Shown here piece by piece: positions 50,206 to 58,827 of a stretch of DNA of 64,000 nucleotides. Numbering within the stretch: the first letter of the stretch is position 1; each line of letters begins with the position of its first letter. The translations under genes were made by a program, and so were the position numbers. Below the pieces are notes generated by a model, which did not search any database, was not told the origin of the DNA, and worked only from the letters and a program-made list of their open reading frames with translations. Origin of the DNA: a candidate division WWE3 bacterium (lineage in GTDB: Bacteria > Patescibacteriota > WWE3 > 2-01-FULL-39-13); NCBI GenBank assembly GCA_943354835.1, contig CALRDH010000003.1, forward strand, positions 12,939 to 76,938, read 5' to 3'.

Positions 50206-50769
50206 TTAGAATGAGACTTTTATATCCGCTTTTTCGCTTTCTTCTGCTTCAAAGAATATTTCTTCGTTAAAGCCAAGAGGTCCAGCAATTAAAACGTTTG
50301 GAAATACTTTGATCTTTGTATTATATGACATTACATTTCCATTATAAAATCTTCTTGAATAAGCAATTTTTTCCTCAATCTCTGTAACTTTTTCCATTAA
50401 GTTATTAAGTTCTGTGTGAGATTTGAGTTCAGGATATGCTTCGACTTGAACACGAAGACCACTTAATGCATTTGATATTTGTGATTCAACTTGACCTCTT
50501 GCTTTTGGATCTAATCCTTTTGATGCATCTTCCATAGCCCTTGTTCGAAGTTCAGTAACTTTGGTCAATATGTCTTCATCAACTTTTGTGGCTTTTCTTA
50601 CTGTTTCAATTAAGTCTGGCAAAAGATCGTATCTTTTTTTGAGTTGCACATCTATATCTGACCATGCTTCCTTTACTCTCATTTTTAAAGTAACAAGTCC
50701 ATTATATGTAACCCAAACAAAAGCTATAACTAAAACTGGTAACGTAGCTAAAAATATTGTTTCGTACAT
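50206..50769 (-). CDS. lemA: LemA family protein
   Basis: YNGLV, AWSDIDVQLKKRYDL, EAYPELK, RRFYN. Confidence 0.96.
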   Translation of the reverse strand: MYETIFLATLPVLVIAFVWVTYNGLVTLKMRVKEAWSDIDVQLKKRYDLLPDLIETVRKATKVDEDILTKVTELRTRAMEDASKGLDPKARGQVESQISNALSGLRVQVEAYPELKSHTELNNLMEKVTEIEEKIAYSRRFYNGNVMSYNTKIKVFPNVLIAGPLGFNEEIFFEAEESEKADIKVSF

Positions 50770-50772
50770 TTT

Positions 50773-50958
50773 TTATTTCCTTTTTGATAACAAAATTACT
50801 CCGAACACTACAAATAAAAGTGGCCAAAGTTTCCACATGGTTTCCCATACGCCATATTCTATGATTCCAAAATTATTTAGGATCATTATAACCCCTAGGA
50901 TTATTAATATAACCGCGGCCCAAAAACCTGAGTTTAGTTTGTTTTCTTTTGTTTCCAT
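50773..50958 (-). CDS. Small membrane protein (LiaF-N/DUF5668-like)
   Basis: LIILG..LNNFG..WKLWPL. Confidence 0.75.
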   Translation of the reverse strand: METKENKLNSGFWAAVILIILGVIMILNNFGIIEYGVWETMWKLWPLLFVVFGVILLSKRK

Positions 50959-52502
50959 GACTTGATTGTATCAAATTCTAACGGATTATCTTGTGTAAAT
51001 TTAAGACCTAATTTTATTGCCGTTTCGGCTCTTTCTAATTGCCTGCCAATATATAGTGCATTTCCTAAAGTTGATATGGCAAGTCCATTATCGATTTCAA
51101 ATGAAAGTAGTCGTGATGCATACTTTTTGTTTCCATCAATCCGCCATTCTTTTATTTCTTCGTTTCCCCTCGGTGTCATCCATCTAACAACGATTTCGTC
51201 ACCTTCGACCATTACGCTTAAATTTCCTCTAGGATCCCATTCGCAGTATCCTTTGTCATTTTTTTCGTATAGTTCTTTTGCATCCTGATAATTATGCTCA
51301 TAAATATGTGCCATGTTAGAAATTGTTATTAACGAGCCCATTTCGACACCAAGTTCACTTGCAATTTTTGATTGGAGTTTTCTTAGTGCAAAAGCGTTTA
51401 ATGGCCATGCGTTGTACATATCGTTGCTTCTGAAATATGCCGTTTGTGTTAATTTCCCTTCGTATATTTGGCATTGAATCAAAAATAAACATGGAGTTTT
51501 TGTAGGCGGCCTTTTTGGAAAAACATCTGTAAATGGATTTGCTAAAAGCGCGATTGCTCCTTTATCGTATTTGAAACCTTTTAATTTTCTAACGATTGAA
51601 ATAGCAACTTGATCAAATCCTCCGTTTGTAAAAAATTCATCGAATCTTTCAAGTTTTAACCATGGATAAATTTCTTTAAGGGCATCGATTTCCAAGTGTG
51701 CAAAGTTAAATAACCTTTCACCATATGTGTAATCCTCTGTATGCGGATCTGGATCAAAAAATCCTTTAAAATATTTTTCTAAATCTTCTTTTGAGAATGG
51801 CAGATATTCTGGAACATGCCAATTTTCTGGGTCTTCGTCTGTAACAACTGCAGTCAGATTTAGCATTTCTTTCATTGTTTTTGATGTATCAGAAACGTAA
51901 TTTATAACGGCTTCAGATTCTAAACCAAACATGCTTATGTGTTTTAGTATTGAAATATAGGCTTCAGCAATTGTAGGACGCCTTATTTTTGTGGAATCAA
52001 TTTCGCTTGGATAATTTTGTACATCGGCCTTTGGCGGATCGGGGAAAATCTCGGGCTCACGCCATTTTATAGGGGCTACCCTTTTTATCAGTATGTCATT
52101 AAGTTTCTCAACGCCTATCATGTCTATAACTTCTACGTTTTTGCGAAATGCCTCAAGTGCTTCACGTGGTATTTCCTTTTCGATTTTCGCAATGTCATCG
52201 CCGATTACTTTGTAATCGGCATCGACGCCATTTTTCATAAAACGCAAAAACGCTTCACCGCTTCCCATTAAATCACTTCCAACAAGATATAATTTTGTAA
52301 TAACTGGATTTGCAAGAATATTTCGTAATATGTAATTTATGCCTTTTTTTGTATAAAGCTGGCCGGCGATATAAAAATCATCGGGGTCAACCATTTTCTC
52401 TAAAGTTTCCTTTGGAGTCCACAAAGTCGCAATCGCAACACCTGAATCGGGATTTGATAAAGTCAAACGGTCCTTAAAATAAATCGGCCAAGACATAAAC
52501 AA
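50934..52502 (-). CDS. Thymidylate synthase-family protein fused to MtrA-like N-domain and DUF4346-like C-domain
   Basis: TS motifs YTYGERL, PCL, FRSNDM..WPLN, AHIYE; N-term RNILANP..GSD; C-term DPRGN..YIGRQL..FTQD. Confidence 0.88.
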   Translation of the reverse strand: MFMSWPIYFKDRLTLSNPDSGVAIATLWTPKETLEKMVDPDDFYIAGQLYTKKGINYILRNILANPVITKLYLVGSDLMGSGEAFLRFMKNGVDADYKVIGDDIAKIEKEIPREALEAFRKNVEVIDMIGVEKLNDILIKRVAPIKWREPEIFPDPPKADVQNYPSEIDSTKIRRPTIAEAYISILKHISMFGLESEAVINYVSDTSKTMKEMLNLTAVVTDEDPENWHVPEYLPFSKEDLEKYFKGFFDPDPHTEDYTYGERLFNFAHLEIDALKEIYPWLKLERFDEFFTNGGFDQVAISIVRKLKGFKYDKGAIALLANPFTDVFPKRPPTKTPCLFLIQCQIYEGKLTQTAYFRSNDMYNAWPLNAFALRKLQSKIASELGVEMGSLITISNMAHIYEHNYQDAKELYEKNDKGYCEWDPRGNLSVMVEGDEIVVRWMTPRGNEEIKEWRIDGNKKYASRLLSFEIDNGLAISTLGNALYIGRQLERAETAIKLGLKFTQDNPLEFDTIKSWKQKKTN

Positions 52503-52536
52503 ACAATACGGGAGATCACTAAAGGAGGCAAGGGCG

Positions 52537-52818
52537 TTAAGTCTTACTCTGAGTTCTTGAATTAAGCTCGGCTTCTATAGCTGATCCGTAACTTCCTGGA
52601 GGTAGTTTCTTTAGATCTTCTAGCTTGAAACTAACTAAAAGGTTATTTACAAATGTTGCGGCCTCTTCAGCAGTCATGCCTATTTCATCTGAAACTGCCT
52701 TGGACATAATAGCAATATTCGCAAGATTTGATCCATGGCCGTATTCTCCACCATCACCAGTTGAAGACATCGTATAACTATCTTCAATTGTTTCCATTTC
52801 GAGAGGTGAAATATTCAT
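52537..52818 (-). CDS. Hypothetical protein
   Basis: 93 aa; TATAAT 7 nt upstream of ATG. Confidence 0.6.
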   Translation of the reverse strand: MNISPLEMETIEDSYTMSSTGDGGEYGHGSNLANIAIMSKAVSDEIGMTAEEAATFVNNLLVSFKLEDLKKLPPGSYGSAIEAELNSRTQSKT

Positions 52819-52842
52819 GTGGGAGATTATACGTAAATATTT

Positions 52843-53064
52843 TTAGGTAACAAGGGCAAGCCTAGCACGAATTGCTAGTTGATAATCTTCAGGGAACACA
52901 GCTATACACCCTGGATTAGAAGCAAGTATCTTGCGATTTTGGTTTACAATAGCATCTATAATCGCGTCAAACTCACCCGGCTCATATTCACAACCTATTT
53001 CATCAATTTCACGAGCTGATGTAGCCGCCTGATCTAGATTATTTCTTTCATCCCCATGTTGCAT
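52843..53064 (-). CDS. Hypothetical protein
   Basis: 73 aa; GGAG upstream. Confidence 0.5.
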   Translation of the reverse strand: MQHGDERNNLDQAATSAREIDEIGCEYEPGEFDAIIDAIVNQNRKILASNPGCIAVFPEDYQLAIRARLALVT

Positions 53065-53079
53065 CCATTTTTAATTCTC

Positions 53080-53823
53080 CTATATCTTCACGTGTTTTAG
53101 TCTTTCAAAATTCCTTCCAGGTTCAAGGTTTGTTTCTTCTAGGAATTCTTCTTTTATGTCTTCGGGAGATAGTGCATTTTCGTGTACCAATAGTGCTTTT
53201 TCTTTTATGTCCATGTATTTTGTGATTTCAAAGTATTTAACATCTGGATACGAATATGAGTCAGAAAATAGTAATTCTCTGACGATGTGAGGTTTTAATC
53301 CGATTTTTGAGAAGTGTTCAGGAAAAAATCCACGATCTCTTGAATATGGATATGTTGCATCGAGTACAATTGATGCAGTGTTTCTATGATCACGATGATT
53401 AACCCAGCGAGTTTCTTCATTGAATGTGTTAATCGGATCAAATGGATTATGTGTAATTATGATATCTGGCCTAAATTGCCTGATATGAAAAACGATTTTT
53501 TCAATATTTGGCATTGTATTTTCAACTTCACCATCTGGAATTCCTAAATTAAAATTTTCGGATTCTGGAATACCTAGTGCAAGACCTGCCAATATTTGCT
53601 CTTTAACACGGAGTTTTGCAAATTCTGCTTCAACAATATCATCTCTGTCTTGAAATCCCTTTCCACCGTTTGTAGTAACAATAAGCCTTACTTGTTTACC
53701 TTCGGCAATAAGTCTTGCGACAATTCCTCCACAAATAATCTCATTATCATCTGGATGAGCAGTGACAATCAAAACCCTACTCTTATCGCCAAAAACCTCG
53801 TTAAAAGAATCTTTAATTGACAT
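53080..53823 (-). CDS. PIG-L/LmbE family deacetylase
   Basis: TAHPDD, TTNG, HRDHR. Confidence 0.93.
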   Translation of the reverse strand: MSIKDSFNEVFGDKSRVLIVTAHPDDNEIICGGIVARLIAEGKQVRLIVTTNGGKGFQDRDDIVEAEFAKLRVKEQILAGLALGIPESENFNLGIPDGEVENTMPNIEKIVFHIRQFRPDIIITHNPFDPINTFNEETRWVNHRDHRNTASIVLDATYPYSRDRGFFPEHFSKIGLKPHIVRELLFSDSYSYPDVKYFEITKYMDIKEKALLVHENALSPEDIKEEFLEETNLEPGRNFERLKHVKI

Positions 53824-53839
53824 GGTGAATTTATAACAC
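53794..53839. repeat. 46-bp direct repeat, copy 1 (promoter plus first 10 codons of the PIG-L gene)
   Basis: AACCTCGTTAAAAGAATCTTTAATTGACATGGTGAATTTATAACAC; 43/46 identical to 54669-54714. Confidence 0.9.
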
Positions 53840-53858
53840 TCTACATAACAAAAAGCTA

Positions 53859-54122
53859 TTAGAATCTAAATATTATTGGTAAAACTTGAATTATTGCAAG
53901 AATAACCCCAACAATAGATAGAATAGTTGTAACCTTAGTTAATTTGCTATTTTGAGTATTTAAATCAAGAATAGTCTTTCTCAATAGTGACATCTCCTTC
54001 AGAAGATCAATATTAATTTTTGCTAAAGTCGCAGTAACAGAAATGTGCTCTTGCTGTCCAGCATTGCCTGTTTGAGGATTTTTCTCTATTTTATTTAAAG
54101 TTTTTACTATCTCTTCGTGCAT
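53859..54122 (-). CDS. Hypothetical coiled-coil protein with C-terminal TM
   Basis: 87 aa, hydrophobic C-terminus, 1 bp downstream of the DHFR-like stop. Confidence 0.65.
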   Translation of the reverse strand: MHEEIVKTLNKIEKNPQTGNAGQQEHISVTATLAKINIDLLKEMSLLRKTILDLNTQNSKLTKVTTILSIVGVILAIIQVLPIIFRF

Positions 54123-54123
54123 A

Positions 54124-54648
54124 TTAGATCTCCACGTTTTTTTTAACTTTATATTTCAAATGGATTAGGTCTTCATCGTATTTATCTATGCTAATAAGCT
54201 CTAGTGCTAAATCAGCATCTACAGGTTTAAACAAATTGATTCCTCTACCCAAAATTAGCGGATGTACGCTTAAGATTACCTCATCAATCACGCCAGCTTT
54301 TAAAAATGATGCATTTATTATTCCACCACCGATTAGTAGCACAGAATTCAGTCCCCTTTTTTCAAGTTCTTCTAGTAGCTCGTTTGGAGCTAGATCAGTA
54401 ATAAATTTGGTTGGAGAGTCAACGTGTAAAGACTTATTCGTAGTAAGCACAACATTTAACTTATTATTGCCATATGGGAAATCATCTCCACTTACCTCCA
54501 TTGTTTTTCTTCCCATTACAATAGCATCTGAATTTTCTACATACCTCTCTAATTGGGCCCAATCGGTATCACACACCCAATCAGTACCATGATTCTGTGT
54601 TGCAATATAACCATTGGCTGTTATAGCCATGTATAAAGTTAACTTCAT
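54124..54648 (-). CDS. Dihydrofolate reductase / RibD C-terminal family protein
   Basis: MAITANGYIA, MGRKT, LIGGG, IDEVILSVHPLILGRG. Confidence 0.9.
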   Translation of the reverse strand: MKLTLYMAITANGYIATQNHGTDWVCDTDWAQLERYVENSDAIVMGRKTMEVSGDDFPYGNNKLNVVLTTNKSLHVDSPTKFITDLAPNELLEELEKRGLNSVLLIGGGIINASFLKAGVIDEVILSVHPLILGRGINLFKPVDADLALELISIDKYDEDLIHLKYKVKKNVEI

Positions 54649-54668
54649 AAAATTATTATGCCATAAAT

Positions 54669-54714
54669 AACCTCGTTAAAAAAATCTTTAATTAACATGG
54701 TAAATTTATAACAC
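54669..54714. repeat. 46-bp direct repeat, copy 2
   Basis: AACCTCGTTAAAAAAATCTTTAATTAACATGGTAAATTTATAACAC; three G-to-A differences from copy 1. Confidence 0.9.
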
Positions 54715-54771
54715 GAACTTACAAAACGAATTATCCTAAAATGAAAAATGTGGTAAAAATGTAAATCCAGT

Positions 54772-55989
54772 TTAATAATTCTTGTCTTGTACTCTCAAAA
54801 TATATTTCTCCAATAATGGAACTGCAAAAGAATAATTTCCGTTACTATCACGATACAATAATCCTGCAGCAATTAACCTTTTGAACATTTGGCTAACCTG
54901 AGATCTACCAAAGCTTTTCACTTTACCTCCCTCAGATAAAGATACAATTTCATGCACTTTAAATTTTGTTTTTCCTGAATTTGCTATTAAAGTTAATAAA
55001 TCCCTTTCCCTCTCTGTTGCTTTTGCCCACCTTCCCGAGAAAAAATCACTATCTAGTTTTTGAATAATTGCATCCATAGGGATAGAGAGTTCTTGCCCCG
55101 CACTTAATTGTTGTAGAAATACATCAAATACTTCACGACAGATATACTGTATAAAAAATGGATAGCCACCTGATTGTTGAGCAATTTCTTCAACTGCATT
55201 TTCGTTAAATCTTAAAGGGTGTTGTGACATTTCTACAGGTTTGAGTATCGCCATTTTACTCTCTTCTTTAGTGAGTTTCTCTAACATAACAACATGGAAC
55301 AATCTTTCAGAGTAAGTCCTTGTTTCCACCAAGTTAGCAAGTAACATAGGTAATCCTGTAAGGACAAGAATGAATGGTATGTTTTTCTTCTGAATATATG
55401 TAAAAACATCCAAAAGTAATGAAAGTGGATATTGCTTATCTTCTGAATGATCACTTAGAGTTTGTGCCTCGTCATACGCAAATACAAAACCCTTTATAGT
55501 CTGTAATGTTTCTAAATGTTGCCAGACCATTTCCAAAGTTGCTTTTAACTTATCGCTTATAAACCCAGGAATTTCAGCAAAATAAGCCACCAAGTAAGAA
55601 TAATTTAAGTAAACATCGCTTGTCTTTTTATCGTCACCAAACCCGATTTCGTTTTTTGCTATTGTACCGATCTTTATGTTTGATGTTATCAAAGCAATAT
55701 CTGTTAAAATCCTCATAGCCATAGTCTCTTCGCTAACGCTTACACTTTCAGCACAATCAGTACCTGCCCACAACCAATTATCTTTTCGCGCAACTGGTTT
55801 TAAGCTTTCCAATAAAACTGTTTTACCAATACCGCGCAATCCTGAAATTATCAAATTTTTTAAGATTGTATTTTGCTTGAGCAATTTTTCGAATTCTTGT
55901 ATTTCTAGGTTGCGTCCGGCTAAATATGGCGGCGTATGCCCAGCACCAGGTTTAAAAGGGTTTTCAAATGTTGAAATATAATTACTCAT
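54772..55989 (-). CDS. AAA-family ATPase with C-terminal winged-helix-like region
   Basis: NPFKPGAG..PPYLAGR, GLRGIGKT, YDEAQ, SGGYPFFIQ, RLIAAGLLY. Confidence 0.88.
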   Translation of the reverse strand: MSNYISTFENPFKPGAGHTPPYLAGRNLEIQEFEKLLKQNTILKNLIISGLRGIGKTVLLESLKPVARKDNWLWAGTDCAESVSVSEETMAMRILTDIALITSNIKIGTIAKNEIGFGDDKKTSDVYLNYSYLVAYFAEIPGFISDKLKATLEMVWQHLETLQTIKGFVFAYDEAQTLSDHSEDKQYPLSLLLDVFTYIQKKNIPFILVLTGLPMLLANLVETRTYSERLFHVVMLEKLTKEESKMAILKPVEMSQHPLRFNENAVEEIAQQSGGYPFFIQYICREVFDVFLQQLSAGQELSIPMDAIIQKLDSDFFSGRWAKATERERDLLTLIANSGKTKFKVHEIVSLSEGGKVKSFGRSQVSQMFKRLIAAGLLYRDSNGNYSFAVPLLEKYILRVQDKNY

Positions 55990-55995
55990 ACAAAC

Positions 55996-56019
55996 AACGT
56001 TACAATGCTACGTAACGTT
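55996..56019. promoter_or_regulatory. Inverted repeat AACGTTAC-N8-GTAACGTT (putative operator)
   Basis: Perfect 8-bp arms 6 nt upstream of the AAA ATPase start. Confidence 0.6.
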
Positions 56020-56067
56020 AATCAACAGGCTAATACAGACCACACTACGTTCGTATTTTATTCGGGG

Positions 56068-56107
56068 CGTTACAAAGTGTTACCCCATGGGCTAACGCTT
56101 TGTAACG
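56068..56107. repeat. 40-bp near-perfect palindrome
   Basis: CGTTACAAAGTGTTACCCCATGGGCTAACGCTTTGTAACG; 18 of 20 pairs complementary. Confidence 0.85.
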
Positions 56108-56157
56108 TTTAAGATAAAATGTTGATATCACTTGCATTTTAACAATATGCCAATCGT

Positions 56158-56679
56158 CTATCCAACTGCACAAATTTCTAAATCTCTTAGTTTTGCCGTT
56201 TCAGTTTTGCAGTCGGTGTAAATAAATGAAGCGAATGCGGTTCCTTGGTTTTCATCAACGATGTATTTGATTAATGCTTTTACAGATGGAAATAAGTTAT
56301 CACAATTAGTTAGCTCTTCTTTTGTTAACCAAACAAACTCACCTTCTAAAGTTTGTTTAATTTCACCGGACTCATAGTCTCCAGAATAGTGAAAAATTAG
56401 CCAGTTTTCATTCGGTTTATGAGGTTCAATTTCTGTAACAACGGCTTCAAGACGAATATTTTTTACAGTCAGACCTGTTTCTTCCATTAATTCACGCTTG
56501 GAAGCCCTTAAAGGCTCTTCGTTTTGATCAACCTTTCCACCTGCAGGATGAAAAAAACCTGGAGCAATCTTTTTTTGCTCGGACCTTTTCAAAACCAAAA
56601 TCTTTCCATCCTTACGGACAAACATATTCGCACACATGACGATATTATGAGTATTTATCGCGGAATTAATCGATTGCAT
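56158..56679 (-). CDS. NUDIX hydrolase (MutT-like)
   Basis: GGKVDQNEEPLRASKRELMEETGL. Confidence 0.92.
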   Translation of the reverse strand: MQSINSAINTHNIVMCANMFVRKDGKILVLKRSEQKKIAPGFFHPAGGKVDQNEEPLRASKRELMEETGLTVKNIRLEAVVTEIEPHKPNENWLIFHYSGDYESGEIKQTLEGEFVWLTKEELTNCDNLFPSVKALIKYIVDENQGTAFASFIYTDCKTETAKLRDLEICAVG

Positions 56680-56743
56680 AAAGGGATTGTATCGTAAAAC
56701 AGACCTAATTAACTACACAGACAGCATCTGGTAGAATAATTTT

Positions 56744-57190
56744 ATGTATCAAGATGTTTTAAATCAAAAGGCAAGGGATATTATTAAGGAGAATATTTAT
56801 TTATCACTTGGTACTGCCGATGTAAATCCTTGGGTTTCACCGCTTTTCTACTGCGTTGATCCGCAATATAACTTCTATTTTATTTCACAACTTGATAGCT
56901 TACATACTAGAAATATGACGAAAAAACCAAATGTTGCATTTGCTATATTTGATTCTCATCAAAAAGAAGGTGAAGGAAATGGAATTCAAGGAAACGGAAC
57001 AGTAAAGTTATTAGAAGGAAACGATTTAACTGAAGGACTAAAACACTACTCAACTACGTTCATTGAATTAGGAGCTGACCAACTATCGGGAAACGCACCT
57101 TATCGCCTTTTTAAACTCTCAACTGACAAATTTTACGTCCTGGATACAGAAGCAGAAACTGATAAAAGAGTAGAAGTATTTACAAATTAA
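56744..57190 (+). CDS. Pyridoxamine 5'-phosphate oxidase family (FMN-binding split barrel)
   Basis: LSLGTA..PWVSPLFY..FYFIS..SLHTRN..PNVAFAI..GIQ. Confidence 0.88.
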   Translation: MYQDVLNQKARDIIKENIYLSLGTADVNPWVSPLFYCVDPQYNFYFISQLDSLHTRNMTKKPNVAFAIFDSHQKEGEGNGIQGNGTVKLLEGNDLTEGLKHYSTTFIELGADQLSGNAPYRLFKLSTDKFYVLDTEAETDKRVEVFTN

Positions 57191-58088
57191 TAGAAAACCC
57201 ACGAATTTCATTAACATCTAAATATCTTGATAAAATAGCCAGATCTTTATTTGTAATTCGTACGCTCCAACCCAAATTATTAAAAATGCCTGATTGTCGG
57301 CCACCAATCGTAAAAGGCACGTAATTTAACACCAATAGCCCATCTTTATATACGAGTTGCTCAAAATATAAGGTAACCTTTATCCCTTCCTCTAGCCCTA
57401 TACCACTAGATACAATGGAACTCAATATTTTTGGCTGAAAGCCTTGTATTTGGATACCTCTAAGGTCATCTTTATCGAAATATTTAAATCCCATCTCAGT
57501 GATGTCTATAAATAAGCATTTTTTTGTTTTCTTAATATTCATAACCCCCATAGCACCACCAAATTGTTCAACGCTATCTAATAATTTACTTTTGACGATT
57601 GTTTCTATCGTAGATGCATTATTAGATCGAACTTTCTTACATTCCACTAGACATTCCTCAGATGGAAGATAAAAATCACATATCCTTCTACTAGCTTTAT
57701 TAAAGTTAGGATTAGATTTCAAGTCCAACACTTTGAAACCCTTAAGCCATAAGCCAGATTGAATTGCAATATTAAATAACCATCCAGGCATACCATTACT
57801 GAAATCAGAATCGCCTTTACTAAAATAATCTCCCATCTTACCCAAGTAATGCCTATCTTGAAATTCGAAATTCTGAATAGTGCTACCGGTTGCGGCAGAT
57901 AAAAAACCCGAATATAAAACATATTGTAAAAGCTGTATCCGATCATCAATAGTCCATTTATTTAATGATTTTTCTTCTAGTTCGGTAAGAAAATTTATAA
58001 GCTTAGTTAAATCCCCAGATGTACTGGCTAAACTAGGGTTTCCGCACGCATCTAACCATATTTTTTTTAATCTATCAAAAGGAACCAT
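57180..58088 (-). CDS. Hypothetical protein with PD-(D/E)xK-like motif
   Basis: ICDFYL..CLVECKK followed by a helix ending VEQF. Confidence 0.55.
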   Translation of the reverse strand: MVPFDRLKKIWLDACGNPSLASTSGDLTKLINFLTELEEKSLNKWTIDDRIQLLQYVLYSGFLSAATGSTIQNFEFQDRHYLGKMGDYFSKGDSDFSNGMPGWLFNIAIQSGLWLKGFKVLDLKSNPNFNKASRRICDFYLPSEECLVECKKVRSNNASTIETIVKSKLLDSVEQFGGAMGVMNIKKTKKCLFIDITEMGFKYFDKDDLRGIQIQGFQPKILSSIVSSGIGLEEGIKVTLYFEQLVYKDGLLVLNYVPFTIGGRQSGIFNNLGWSVRITNKDLAILSRYLDVNEIRGFSINL

Positions 58089-58827
58089 TTGATTTGCTAC
58101 ATTTATTCTTAAACACTAAGTATTGATTCATCTCCCCATTTTTTCCGTCTGATTTGAATTTTTTTATTTGTTTTAGACCTGCGGATGTCAGTATCCCCCC
58201 GATGTCGGAGATTTCCGCTTCACTGTATTTGTGAAAGTATCTTTTTGCATTTTTGTTATCTGCCCAACCTATAAAGTAGTCGCCTTCTTCTAAATCAAAG
58301 CCGGAGTCAGAAGCTCCAACCGATTCGAATCTTTCGTCCATTTGATAGTTCCAAATCGTGAATATTAAAAGTCCGTTTTTTGAAACTAGTTTTGAAAGTT
58401 GCGAAAACCATTTTTTACGGAGTTCGCTTGACGGAATGTGGTGCGTTATTCCAAATGCGACAACTACGTCAAATGTAGCGGGAGATAGTTTCTCCAAATC
58501 ATTTATGGCGTCCAATTTCATAAACTTAATACGATCATTTTCCAAGGTTTTTGCTTTAGATAAAAGGAAATCGTTCGAATCGACTCCAAGATACTGAAAT
58601 AAGGGTAGCCCTTCTTTTTCAAGGGCTGCCCCGATAAACCTTCCGTTCCCACATGCCACATCTAAAACCGAAAAGTCTTTGTCGCCAAACTCCTCATTTA
58701 TGATTTCTTTTACTCTCCCCCACCCTTTCCATGCACTTTGCCTTGTTTTATCAAAGTCTGGTCCTATTTTGTCGTAAAATTCTTTGTTTACACGTATAAT
58801 ATTGTCAATCGTTGTTTTATCCATCAT
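58075..58827 (-). CDS. Trm9/ALKBH8-like class I SAM methyltransferase
   Basis: FYDKIGPDFDKTRQSAW, VLDVACGNGR, ITHHIP..RKK, FTIW, RYFHKY. Confidence 0.8.
   Translation of the reverse strand: MMDKTTIDNIIRVNKEFYDKIGPDFDKTRQSAWKGWGRVKEIINEEFGDKDFSVLDVACGNGRFIGAALEKEGLPLFQYLGVDSNDFLLSKAKTLENDRIKFMKLDAINDLEKLSPATFDVVVAFGITHHIPSSELRKKWFSQLSKLVSKNGLLIFTIWNYQMDERFESVGASDSGFDLEEGDYFIGWADNKNAKRYFHKYSEAEISDIGGILTSAGLKQIKKFKSDGKNGEMNQYLVFKNKCSKSNGSF

Noticed and set aside
53794-54714. Repeat pair as CRISPR or IS ends
   Set aside because: Only two direct copies 875 bp apart, derived from a gene start; no cas or transposase
56068-56107. Palindrome as an integron attC
   Set aside because: Arms run GTT...AAC, the reverse of RYYYAAC...GTTRRRY; too short, single copy, no integron integrase
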